DNA from: Heterodontus francisci
Lineage: Eukaryota
Direction: 5' to 3'
Assembly (NCBI RefSeq): GCF_036365525.1
Contig: NC_090378.1
Location: 122,993,593 to 123,057,592, forward strand
DNA: 64,000 nt
The translations under genes were made by a program, and so were the position numbers. Below are positions 16,043-31,600 of this stretch, piece after piece. The notes beneath the pieces were generated by a model, which worked only from the letters and a program-made list of their open reading frames with translations, ran no database searches and was not told where the DNA came from. Within the stretch, counting starts at the first letter, position 1, and each line of letters starts with the position of its first letter.

Positions 16043-16074
16043 AAAAGAAAAGAAAAGAAAGAAAGAAAGAAAGA
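16043..16074 (+). repeat. LINE 3' microsatellite tail (AAAAG)3(AAAG)4A
   Basis: Read directly after ...GGAGGCCC. Confidence 0.93.
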
Positions 16075-16084
16075 ATAATAATGG
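16075..16084 (+). repeat. Target-site duplication of LINE copy 1, right copy (ATAATAATGG)
   Basis: Identical to 15119-15128; the satellite resumes in register after it. Confidence 0.9.
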
Positions 16085-16670
16085 GTACACATTCCCACCT
16101 CCTGTACTGAAACATCCCACGGTAAAAAATGATATATAATAATGGACACACAGTCCCACCTCCTGCACTGACACATCTCACAGTAAAAAATAATATATAA
16201 CAATGGACACACATTCCCACTTCCTGTACTGACACGTCCCACAGTTATATATAATATATAATAATGGATACACATTCCCACCTCCTGTACTGAAACATCC
16301 CACAGTAAAAAATAATATATAACAATGGAAACTTAGTCCCACCTCCTGCACTGACACAACCCACAGTTATATATAATATATAATAATGGACACACAGTCC
16401 CACCTCCTGCACTGACACAACCCACAGTTTTATATAATATATAATAATGGACACACAGTCCCACATCCTGTACTGACACATCTCACAGTTATATAAAATA
16501 TATAATAATGGACACACAGTCCCACCTCCTGTACTGACACAACCCACAGTTATATATAATATATCATAATGGAAACACAGTCCCACCTCCTGCACTGACA
16601 CAACCCACAGTTTTAAAAAATATATAATAATGGACACACAGTCCAACCTCCTGTACTGACACATCTCACA
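16075..16670. repeat. 61-bp satellite, last ~10 monomers of the left-domain type
   Basis: Still carries CAGTCCC, CAGTAAAAAA, ACAACCC, ATCTCAC and GGAAACTTAG variants; the last clustered one is at ~16640-16670. Confidence 0.9.
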
Positions 16671-19600
16671 GTTATATATAATATATAATAATGGACACAC
16701 ATTCCCACCTCCTGTACTGAAACATCCCACAGTTATATATAATATATAATAATGGATACACATTCCCACTTCCTGTACTGACACATCCCACAGTTATATA
16801 TAATATATAATGATGGATACACATTCCCACTTCCTGTACTGACACATCCCACAGTTATATATAATATATAATAATGGACACACATTCCCACCTCCTGTAT
16901 TGAAACATCCCACAGTTATATATAATATATAATAATGGACAGACATTCCCACCTCCTGTATTGAAACATCCCACAGTTATATATAATATATAATAATGGA
17001 TACACATTCCCACTTCCTGTACTGACACATCGCACAGTTATATATAATATATAATAATGGACAGACATTCCCACCTCCTGTATTGAAACATCCCACAGTT
17101 ATATATAATATATAATAATGGATACACATTCCCACTTCCTGTACTGACACATCCCACAGTTATATATAATATATAATAATGGATACACATTCCCACTTCC
17201 TGTACTGACACATCCCACAGTTATATATAATATATAATAATGGACACAAATTCCCACCTCCTGTACTGAAACATCCCACAGTTATATATAATATATAATA
17301 ATGGATACACATTCCCACTTCCTGTACTGACACATCCCACAGTTATATATAATATATAATAATGGATACACATTCCCACTTCCTGTACTGACACATCCCA
17401 CAGTTATATATAATATATAATAATGGATACACATTCCCACTTCCTGTACTGACACGTCCCACAGTTATATATAGTACATAATAATGGATACACATTCCCA
17501 CATCCTGTACTGACACATCCCACAGTTATATATAATATATAATAATGGATACACATTCCCACTTCCTGTACTGACACATCCCACAGTTATATATAATATA
17601 TAATAATGGATACACATTCCCACTTCCTGGACTGACACATCCCACAGTTATATATTACATATAATAATGGATACACATTCCCACTTCCTGTACTGAAACA
17701 TCCCACAGTTATATATAATATATAATAATGGATAACCATTCCCACCTCCTGTACTGAAACATCCCACAGTTATATATAATATATAATAATGGACACACAT
17801 TCCCACCTCCTGTACTGAAACATCCCACAGTTATATATAATATATAATAATGGATACACATTCCCACTTCCTGTACTGACACATCCCACAGTTATATATA
17901 ATATATAATGATGGATACACATTCCCACTTCCTGTACTGACACATCCCACAGTTATATATAATATATAATAATGGACACACATTCCCACCTCCTGTATTG
18001 AAACATCCCACAGTTATATATAATATATAATAATGGATACACATTCCCACTTCCTGTACTGACACATCGCACAGTTCTATATAATATATAATAATGGACA
18101 CACATTCCCACCTCCTGTACTGAAACATCCCACAGTTATATATCATATATAATAATGGATACACATTACCACTTCCTTTACTGACACATCCCACAGTTAT
18201 ATATAATATATAATAATGGACACATATTGCCACCTCCTGTACTGAAACATCCCACAGTTATATATAATATATAATAATGGATACACATTCCCACTTCCTG
18301 TACTGACACATCCCACAGTTATATATAATATATAATAATGGATAAACATTCCCACTTCCTGTACTGACACATCCCACAGTTATATATAATATATAATAAT
18401 GGACACACATTCCCACCTCCTGTACTGAAACATCCCACAGTTATATATAATATATTATAATGGATACACATTCCCACTTCCTGTACTGACACATCCCACA
18501 GTTATATATAATATATAATAATGGATACACATTCCCACTTCCTGTACTGACACATCCCACAGTTATATATAATATATAATAATGGACACACATTCCCACC
18601 TCCTGTACTGAAACATCCCACAGTTATATATCATATATAATAATGGATACACATTCCCACTTCCTGTACTGACACATCCCACAGTTATATATAATATATA
18701 ATGATGGATACACATTTCCACTTCCTGTACTGACACATCCCACAGTTATATATAATATATAATAATGGACAGACATTCCCACCTCCTGTATTGAAACATC
18801 CCACAGTTATATATAATATATAATAATGGATACACAATCCCACTTCCTGTACTGACACATCGCACAGTTATATATAATATATAATAATGGACAGACATTC
18901 CCACCTCCTGTATTGAAACATCCCACAGTTATATATAATATATAATAATGGATACACATTCCCACTTCCTGTACTGACACATCCCACAGTTATATATAAT
19001 ATATAATAATGGATACACATTCCCATTTCCTGTACTGACACATCCCACAGTTATATATAATATATAATAATGGACACACATTCCCACCTCCTGTACTGAA
19101 ACATCCCACAGTTATATATAATATATAATAATGGATACACATTCCCACTTCCTGTACTGACACATCCCACAGTTATGTATAATATATAATAATGGATACA
19201 CATGCCGACTTCCTGTACTGACACATCCCACAGTTATATATAATATATAATAATGGATACACATTCCCACTTCCTGTACTGACACGTCCCACAGTTATAT
19301 ATAGTATATAATAATGGATACACATTCCCACCTCCTGTACTGACACATCCCACAGTTATATATAATATATAATAATGGATACACATTCCCACATCCTGTA
19401 CTGACACGTCCCACAGTTATATATAATATATAATAATGGATACACATTCCCACTTCCTGTACTGACACATCCCACAGTTATATATAATATATAATAATGG
19501 ATACACATTCCCACTTCTGTACTGACACATCCCACAGTTATATATTACATATAATAATGGATACACATTCCCACTTCCTGTACTGACACGTCCCACAGTT

Positions 19601-22600
19601 ATATATAGTACATAATAATGGATAACCATTCCCACCTCCTGTACTGAAACATCCCACAGTTATATATAATATATAATAATGGACACACATTCCCACCTCC
19701 TGTACTGCAACATCCCACAGTTATATATAATATATAATAATGGATACACATTCCCACTTCCTGTATTGACACATCCCACAGTTATATATAATATATAATG
19801 ATGGATACACATTCCCACTTCCTGTACTGACACATCCCACAGTTATATATAATATATAATAATGGACACACATTCCCACCTCCTGTATTGAAACATCCCA
19901 CAGTTATATATAATATATAATAATGGACACACATTCCCACCTCCTGTACTGAAACATCCCACAGTTATATATCATATATAATAATGGATACACATTACCA
20001 CTTCCTGTATTGACACATCCCACAGTTATATATAATATATAATAATGGATACACATACCCACTTCCTGTACTGACACATCCCACAGTTATATATAATATA
20101 TAATAATGGACACACATTCCCACCTCCTGTACTGACACGTCCCACAGTTATATATAATATATAATCATGGACACACATTCCCACTTCCTGTACTGAAACA
20201 TCCCACAGTTATATATAATATATTATAATGGATACACATTCCCACTTCCTGTACTGACACATCCCACAGTTATATATAATATATAATAATGGATACACAT
20301 TCCCACTTCCTGTACTGACACATCCCACAGTTATATATAATATATAATAATGGACACACATTCCCACCTCCTGTACTGAAACATCCCACAGTTATATATA
20401 ATATATAATAATGGATACACATTCCCACTTCCTGTACTGACACATCCCACAGTTATATATAATATATAATAATGGATACACATTCCCACTTCCTGTACTG
20501 ACACATCCCACAGTTATATATAATATATAATAATGGACACACATTCCCACCTCCTGTACTGAAACATCCCACAGTTATATATAATATATAATAATGGATA
20601 CACATTCCCACTTCCTGTACTGACACATCCCACAGTTATATATAATATATAATGATGGATACACATTCCCACTTCCTGTACTGACACATCCCACAGTTAT
20701 ATATAATATATAATAATGGACACACATTCCCACCTCCTGTATTGAAACATCCCACAGTTATATATAATATATAATAATGGATACACATTCCCACTTCCTG
20801 TACTGACACATCGCACAGTTATATATAATATATAATAATGGACACACATTCCCACCTCCTGTAATGAAACATCCCACAGTTATATATAATATATAATAAT
20901 GGATACACATTCCCACTTCCTGTACTGACACATCCCACAGTTATATATAATATATAATAATGGACACATATTCCCACCTCCTGTACTGAAACATCCCACA
21001 GTTATATATAATATATAATAATGGATACACATTCCCACTTCCTGTACTGACACATCCCACAGTTATATATAATATATAATAATGGATACACATTCCCACT
21101 TCCTGTACTGACACATCCCACAGTTATATATAATATATAATAATGGACACACATTCCCACCTCCTGTACTGAAACATCCCACAGTTATATATAATATATA
21201 ATAATGGATACACATTCCCACTTCCTGTACTGACACATCCCACAGTTAAATATAATATATAATAATGGATACACATTCCCACTTCCTGTACTGACACATC
21301 CCACAGTTATATATAATATATAATAATGGACACACATTCCCACCTCCTGTACTGAAACATCCCAGTTATATATAATATATAATAATGGATACACATTCCC
21401 ACTTCCTGTACTGACACATCCCACATTTATATATAATATATAATAATGGATACACATTCCCACTTCCTGTACTGACACATCCCACAGTTATATATAATAT
21501 ATAATAATGGATACACATTCCCACTTCCTGTACTGACACGTCCCACAGTTATATATAGTATATAATAATGGATACACATTCCCACCTCCTGTACTGACAC
21601 ATCCCACAGTTATATATAATATATAATAATGGATACACATTCCCACATCCTGTACTGAAACATCCCACAGTTATATATAATATATAATAATGGATACACA
21701 TTCCCACTTCCTGTACTGACACATCCCACAGTTATATATAATATATAATAATGGACACACATTCCCACCTCCTGTACTGAAACATCCCACAGTTATATAT
21801 AATATATAATAATGGATACACATTCCCACATCCTGTACTGAAACATCCCACAGTTATATATAATATATAATAATGGATACACATTCCCACTTCCTGTACT
21901 GACACATCCCACAGTTATATATAATATATAATAATGGACACACATTCCCACCTCCTGTACTGAAACATCCCACAGTTATATATAATATATTATAACGGAT
22001 ACACATTCCCACTTCCTGTACTGACACATCCCACAGTTATATATAATATATAATAATGGATACACATTCCCACTTCCTGTACTGACACATCCCACAGTTA
22101 TATATAATATATAATAATGGACACACATTCCCACCTCCTGTACTGAAACATCCCACAGTTATATATAATATATAATAATGGATACACATTCCCACTTCCT
22201 GTACTGACACATCCCACAGTTATATATAATATATAATAATGGATACACATTCCCACTTCCTGTACTGACACATCCCACAGTTATATATAATATATAATAA
22301 TGGATACACATTCCCACTTCCTGTACTGAAACATCCCACAGTTATATATAATATATAATAATGGATACACATTCCCACTTCCAGCACTGACACGTCCCAC
22401 AGTTATATATAGTATATAATAATGGATACACATTCCCACCTCCTGTACTGACACATCCCACAGTTATATATAATATATAATAATGGATACACATTCCCAC
22501 ATCCTGTACTGAAACATCCCACAGTTATATATAATATATAATAATGGATACACATTCCCACTTCCTGTACTGACACATCCCACAGTTATATATAAGATAT

Positions 22601-25600
22601 AATAATGGATACACATTCCCACCTCCTGTACTGACACATCCCACAGTTATATATTACATATAATAATGGATACACATTCCCACTTCCTGTACTGACACGT
22701 CCCACAGTTATATATAGTACATAATAATGGATACACATTCCCACCTCCTGTACTGAAACATCCCACAGTTATATATAATATATAATAATGGATACACATT
22801 CCCACTTCCTGTACTGACACATCCCACAGTTATATATAATATATAATGATGGATACACATTCCCACTTCCTGTACTGAAACATCCCACAGTTATATATAA
22901 TATATAATAATGGACACACATTCCCACCTCCTGTACTGAAACATCCCACAGTTGTATATAATATATAATAATGGATACACAGTCCCACCTTCCGCACTGA
23001 CACATCCCACAGTTATATATAATATATAATAATGGACACACATTCCCACCTCCTGTACTGAAACATCCCACAGTTATATATAATATATAATAATGGACAC
23101 TCAGTCCCACCTCCTGTACTGAAACATCCCACAGTTATATATAATATATAATAATGGATACACATTCCCACTTCCTGTACTGACACATCCCACAGTTATA
23201 TATAATATATAATGATGGATACACATTCCCACTTCCTGTACTGAAACATCCCACAGTTATATATAATATATAATAATGGACACACATTCCCACCTCCTGT
23301 ACTGAAACATCCCACAGTTATATATAATATATAATAATGGATACACATTCCCACTTCCTGTACTGACACATCCCACAGTTATATATAATATATAATGATG
23401 GATACACATTCCCACCTCCTGTACTGAAACATCCCACAGTTATATATAATATATAATAATGGACACACATTCCCACTTCCTGTACTGACACATCCCACAG
23501 TTATATATACTATATAATGATGGATACACATTCCCACCTCCTGTACTGAAACATCCCACAGTTATATATAATATATAATAATGGACACACATTCCCACCT
23601 CCTGTACTGAAACATCCCACAGTTATATATAATATATAATAATGGATACACATTCCCACTTCCTGTACTGACACATCCCACAGTTATATATAATATATAA
23701 TGATGGATACACATTCCCACTTCCTGTACTGACACATCCCACAGTTATATATAATATATAATAATGGACACACATTCCCACCTCCTGTATTGAAACATCC
23801 CACAGTTATATATAATATATAATAATGGATACACATTCCCACTTCCTGTACTGACACATCGCACAGTTCTATATAATATATAATAATGGACACACATTCC
23901 CACCTCCTGTACTGAAACATCCCACAGTTATATATCATATATAATAATGGATACACATTACCACTTCCTGTACTGACACATCCCACAGTTATATATAATA
24001 TATAATAATGGACACATATTCCCACCTCCTGTACTGAAACATCCCACAGTTATATATAATATATAATAATGGATACACATTCCCACTTCCTGTACTGACA
24101 CATCCCACAGTTATATATAATATATAATAATGGATACACATTCCCACTTCCTGTACTGACACATCCCACAGTTATATATAATATATAATAATGGACACAC
24201 ATTCCCACCTCCTGTACTGAAACATCCCACAGTTATATATAATATATTATAATGGATACACATTCCCACTTCCTGTACTGACACATCCCACAGTTATATA
24301 TAATATATAATAATGGATACACATTCCCACTTCCTGTACTGACACATCCCACAGTTATATATAATATATAATAATGGATACACATTCCCACTTCCTGTAC
24401 TGACACATCCCACAGTTATATATAATATATAATAATGGACACACATTCCCACCTCCTGTACTGAAACATCCCACAGTTATATATAATATATAATAATGGA
24501 TACACATTCCCACTTCCTGTACTGACACATCCCACAGTTATATATAATATATAATAATGGACACACATTCCCACCTCCTGTACTGAAACATCCCACAGTT
24601 ATATATAATATATAATAATGGATACACATTCCCACTTCCTGTACTGACACATCCCACAGTTATATATAATATATAATGATGGATACACATTCCCACTTCC
24701 TGTACTGACACATCCCACAGTTATATATAATATATAATAATGGACACACATTCCCACCTCCTGTATTGAAACATCCCACAGTTATATATAATATATAATA
24801 ATGGATACACATTCCCACTTCCTGTACTGACACATCCCACAGTTATATATAATATATAATAATGGACACACATTCCCACCTCCTGTACTGAAACATCCCA
24901 CAGTTATATATAATATATAATAATGGATACACATTCCCACTTCCTGCACTGACACGTCCCACAGTTATATATAGTATATAATAATGGATACACATTCCCA
25001 CCTCCTGTACTGACACATCCCACAGTTATATATAATATATAATAATGGATACACATTCCCACATCCTGTACTGAAACATCCCACAGTTATATATAATATA
25101 TAATAATGGATACACATTCCCACTTCCTGTACTGACACATCCCACAGTTATATATAAGATATAATAATGGATACACATTCCCACCTCCTGTACTGACACA
25201 TCCCACAGTTATATATTACATATAATAATGGATACACATTCCCACTTCCTGTACTGACACGTCCCACAGTTATATATAGTACATAATAATGGATACACAT
25301 TCCCACCTCCTGTACTGAAACATCCCACAGTTATATATAATATATAATAATGGATACACATTCCCACTTCCTGTACTGACACATCCCACAGTTATATATA
25401 ATATATAATGATGGATACACATTCCCACTTCCTGTACTGAAACATCCCACAGTTATATATAATATATAATAATGGACACACATTCCCACCTCCTGTACTG
25501 AAACATCCCACAGTTGTATATAATATATAATAATGGATACACATTCCCACTTCCTGTACTGACACATCCCACAGTTATATATACTATATAATGATGGATA

Positions 25601-28600
25601 CACATTCCCACCTCCTGTACTGAAACATCCCACAGTTATATATAATATATAATCATGGACACACATTCCCACCTCCTGTACTGAAACATCCCACAGTTAT
25701 ATATAATATATAATAATGGATACACATTCCCACTTCCTGTACTGACACATCGCACAGTTATATATAATATATAATAATGGACACACATTCCCACCTCCTG
25801 TAATGAAACATCCCACAGTTATATATAATATATAATAATGGATACACATTCCCACTTCCTGTACTGACACATCCCACAGTTATATATAATATATAATAAT
25901 GGACACATATTCCCACCTCCTGTACTGAAACATCCCACAGTTATATATAATATATAATAATGGATACACATTCCCACTTCCTGTACTGACACATCCCACA
26001 GTTATATATAATATATAATAATGGATACACATTCCCACTTCCTGTACTGACACATCCCACAGTTATATATAATATATAATAATGGACACACATTCCCACC
26101 TCCTGTACTGAAACATCCCACAGTTATATATAATATATAATAATGGATACACATTCCCACTTCCTGTACTGACACATCCCACAGTTAAATATAATATATA
26201 ATAATGGATACACATTCCCACTTCCTGTACTGACACATCCCACAGTTATATATAATATATAATAATGGACACACATTCCCACCTCCTGTACTGAAACATC
26301 CCAGTTATATATAATATATAATAATGGATACACATTCCCACTTCCTGTACTGACACATCCCACAGTTATATATAATATATAATAATGGATACACATTCCC
26401 ACTTCCTGTACTGACACATCCCACAGTTATATATAATATATAATAATGGATACACACTCCCACTTCCTGTACTGACACGTCCCACAGTTATATATAGTAT
26501 ATAATAATGGATACACATTCCCACCTCCTGTACTGACACATCCCACAGTTATATATAATATATAATAATGGATACACATTCCCACATCCTGTACTGAAAC
26601 ATCCCACAGTTATATATAATATATAATAATGGATACACATTCCCACTTCCTGTACTGACACATCCCACAGTTATATATAATATATAATAATGGACACACA
26701 TTCCCACCTCCTGTACTGAAACATCCCACAGTTATATATAATATATTATAACGGATACACATTCCCACTTCCTGTACTGACACATCCCACAGTTATATAT
26801 AATATATAATAATGGATACACATTCCCACTTCCTGTACTGACACATCCCACAGTTATATATAATATATAATAATGGACACACATTCCCACCTCCTGTACT
26901 GAAACATCCCACAGTTATATATAATATATAATAATGGATACACATTCCCACTTCCTGTACTGACACATCCCACAGTTATATATAATATATAATAATGGAT
27001 ACACATTCCCACTTCCTGTACTGACACATCCCACAGTTATATATAATATATAATAATGGATACACATTCCCACTTCCTGTACTGAAACATCCCACAGTTA
27101 TATATAATATATAATAATGGATACACATTCCCACTTCCTGCACTGACACGTCCCACAGTTATATATAGTATATAATAATGGATACACATTCCCACCTCCT
27201 GTACTGACACATCCCACAGTTATATATAATATATAATAATGGATACACATTCCCACATCCTGTACTGAAACATCCCACAGTTATATATAATATATAATAA
27301 TGGATACACATTCCCACTTCCTGTACTGACACATCCCACAGTTATATATAAGATATAATAATGGATACACATTCCCACCTCCTGTACTGACACATCCCAC
27401 AGTTATATATTACATATAATAATGGATACACATTCCCACTTCCTGTACTGACACGTCCCACAGTTATATATAGTACATAATAATGGATACACATTCCCAC
27501 CTCCTGTACTGAAACATCCCACAGTTATATATAATATATAATAATGGATACACATTCCCACTTCCTGTACTGACACATCCCACAGTTATATATAATATAT
27601 AATGATGGATACACATTCCCACTTCCTGTACTGAAACATCCCACAGTTATATATAATATATAATAATGGACACACATTCCCACCTCCTGTACTGAAACAT
27701 CCCACAGTTGTATATAATATATAATAATGGATACACATTCCCACTTCCTGTACTGACACATCCCACAGTTATATATACTATATAATGATGGATACACATT
27801 CCCACCTCCTGTACTGAAACATCCCACAGTTATATATAATATATAATAATGGACACACATTCCCACCTCCTGTACTGAAACATCCCACAGTTATATATAA
27901 TATATAATAATGGATACACATTCCCACTTCCTGTACTGACACATCCCACAGTTATATATAATATATAATGATGGATACACATTCCCACTTCCTGTACTGA
28001 CACATCCCACAGTTATATATAATATATAATAATGGACACACATTCCCACCTCCTGTATTGAAACATCCCACAGTTATATATAATATATAATAATGGATAC
28101 ACATTCCCACTTCCTGTACTGACACATCGCACAGTTCTATATAATATATAATAATGGACACACATTCCCACCTCCTGTACTGAAACATCCCACAGTTATA
28201 TATCATATATAATAATGGATACACATTACCACTTCCTGTACTGACACATCCCACAGTTATATATAATATATAATAATGGACACATATTCCCACCTCCTGT
28301 ACTGAAACATCCCACAGTTATATATAATATATAATAATGGATACACATTCCCACTTCCTGTACTGACACATCCCACAGTTATATATAATATATAATAATG
28401 GATACACATTCCCACTTCCTGTACTGACACATCCCACAGTTATATATAATATATAATAATGGACACACATTCCCACCTCCTGTACTGAAACATCCCACAG
28501 TTATATATAATATATTATAATGGATACACATTCCCACTTCCTGTACTGACACATCCCACAGTTATATATAATATATAATAATGGATACACATTCCCACTT

Positions 28601-31600
28601 CCTGTACTGACACATCCCACAGTTATATATAATATATAATAATGGATACACATTCCCACTTCCTGTACTGACACATCCCACAGTTATATATAATATATAA
28701 TAATGGACACACATTCCCACCTCCTGTACTGAAACATCCCACAGTTATATATAATATATAATAATGGATACACATTCCCACTTCCTGTACTGACACATCC
28801 CACAGTTATATATAATATATAATAATGGACACACATTCCCACCTCCTGTACTGAAACATCCCACAGTTATATATAATATATAATAATGGATACACATTCC
28901 CACTTCCTGTACTGACACATCCCACAGTTATATATAATATATAATGATGGATACACATTCCCACTTCCTGTACTGACACATCCCACAGTTATATATAATA
29001 TATAATAATGGACACACATTCCCACCTCCTGTATTGAAACATCCCACAGTTATATATAATATATAATAATGGATACACATTCCCACTTCCTGTACTGACA
29101 CATCCCACAGTTATATATAATATATAATAATGGACACACATTCCCACCTCCTGTACTGAAACATCCCACAGTTATATATAATATATAATAATGGATACAC
29201 ATTCCCACTTCCTGCACTGACACGTCCCACAGTTATATATAGTATATAATAATGGATACACATTCCCACCTCCTGTACTGACACATCCCACAGTTATATA
29301 TAATATATAATAATGGATACACATTCCCACATCCTGTACTGAAACATCCCACAGTTATATATAATATATAATAATGGATACACATTCCCACTTCCTGTAC
29401 TGACACATCCCACAGTTATATATAAGATATAATAATGGATACACATTCCCACCTCCTGTACTGACACATCCCACAGTTATATATTACATATAATAATGGA
29501 TACACATTCCCACTTCCTGTACTGACACGTCCCACAGTTATATATAATATATAATAATGGATACACATTCCCACTTCCTGTACTGACACATCCCACAGTT
29601 ATATATAATATATAATAATGGATACACATTCCCACTTCCTGTACTGACACATCCCACAGTTATATATAATATATAATGATGGATACACATTCCCACTTCC
29701 TGTACTGACACATCCCACAGTTATATATAATATATAATAATGGATACACATTCCCACTTCCTGTACTGACACATCCCACAGTTATATATAATATATAATG
29801 ATGGATACACATTCCCACTTCCTGTACTGAAACATCCCACAGTTATATATAATATATAATAATGGACACACATTCCCACCTCCTGTACTGAAACATCCCA
29901 CAGTTATATATAATATATAATAATGGATACACATTCCCACTTCCTGTACTGACACATCCCACAGTTATATATAATATATAATGATGGATACACATTCCCA
30001 CTTCCTGTACTGAAACATCCCACAGTTATATATAATATATAATAATGGACACACATTCCCACCTCCTGTACTGAAACATCCCACAGTTGTATATAATATA
30101 TAATAATGGATACACATTCCCACTTCCTGTACTGACACATCCCACAGTTATATATACTATATAATGATGGATACACATTCCCACCTCCTGTACTGAAACA
30201 TCCCACAGTTATATATAATATATAATCATGGACACACATTCCCACCTCCTGTACTGAAACATCCCACAGTTATATATAATATATAATAATGGATACACAT
30301 TCCCACTTCCTGTACTGACACATCCCACAGTTATATATAATATATAATGATGGATACACATTCCCACTTCCTGTACTGACACATCCCACAGTTATATATA
30401 ATATATAATAATGGACACACATTCCCACCTCCTGTATTGAAACATCCCACAGTTATATATAGTATATAATAATGGATACACATTCCCACTTCCTGTACTG
30501 ACACATCGCACAGTTCTATATAATATATAATAATGGACACACATTCCCACCTCCTGTACTGAAACATCCCACAGTTATATATCATATATAATAATGGATA
30601 CACATTACCACTTCCTGTACTGACACATCCCACAGTTATATATAATATATAATAATGGACACATATTCCCACCTCCTGTACTGAAACATCCCACAGTTAT
30701 ATATAATATATAATAATGGATACACATTCCCACTTCCTGTACTGACACATCCCACAGTTATATATAATATATAATAATGGATACACATTCCCACTTCCTG
30801 TACTGACACATCCCACAGTTATATATAATATATAATAATGGACACACATTCCCACCTCCTGTACTGAAACATCCCACAGTTATATATAATATATTATAAT
30901 GGATACACATTCCCACTTCCTGTACTGACACATCCCACAGTTATATATAATATATAATAATGGATACACATTCCCACTTCCTGTACTGACACATCCCACA
31001 GTTATATATAATATATAATAATGGATACACATTCCCACTTCCTGTACTGACACATCCCACAGTTATATATAATATATAATAATGGACACACATTCCCACC
31101 TCCTGTACTGAAACATCCCACAGTTATATATAATATATAATAATGGATACACATTCCCACTTCCTGTACTGACACATCCCACAGTTATATATAATATATA
31201 ATAATGGACACACATTCCCACCTCCTGTACTGAAACATCCCACAGTTATATATAATATATAATAATGGATACACATTCCCACTTCCTGTACTGACACATC
31301 CCACAGTTATATATAATATATAATGATGGATACACATTCCCACTTCCTGTACTGACACATCCCACAGTTATATATAATATATAATAATGGACACACATTC
31401 CCACCTCCTGTATTGAAACATCCCACAGTTATATATAATATATAATAATGGATACACATTCCCACTTCCTGTACTGACACATCGCACAGTTATATATAAT
31501 ATATAATAATGGACACACATTCCCACCTCCTGTACTGAAACATCCCACAGTTTTATATAATATATAATAATGGATACACATTCCCACTTCCTGTACTGAC

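Larger units (their letters stand above)
15129..16074 (+). mobile_element. 5'-truncated non-LTR retrotransposon (RTE-clade-like LINE), copy 1, 946 bp
   Basis: Encodes the C-terminal part of a LINE reverse transcriptase (FGLTISLKKT, FTYLGS, LLYGSEAW, LRWLGHVSRM, GRP..RYKD). Short 3' UTR, (AAAAG)3(AAAG)4 tail and 10-bp TSD. A short UTR with a microsatellite tail is typical of RTE-clade elements; the clade call is from motif recognition, not a database search. Confidence 0.95.

Noticed and set aside
15129-16074. Assigning host species or a named LINE/satellite family
   Set aside because: Not supportable without a Dfam/Repbase/BLAST search; only an RTE-like LINE in a probable animal genome is claimed.
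15352-16281. Alternative-frame and antisense ORFs over LINE copy 1 (and 61152-61469 over copy 2)
   Set aside because: Short shadow ORFs of the RT frame or satellite-LINE read-throughs with no recognisable motifs.
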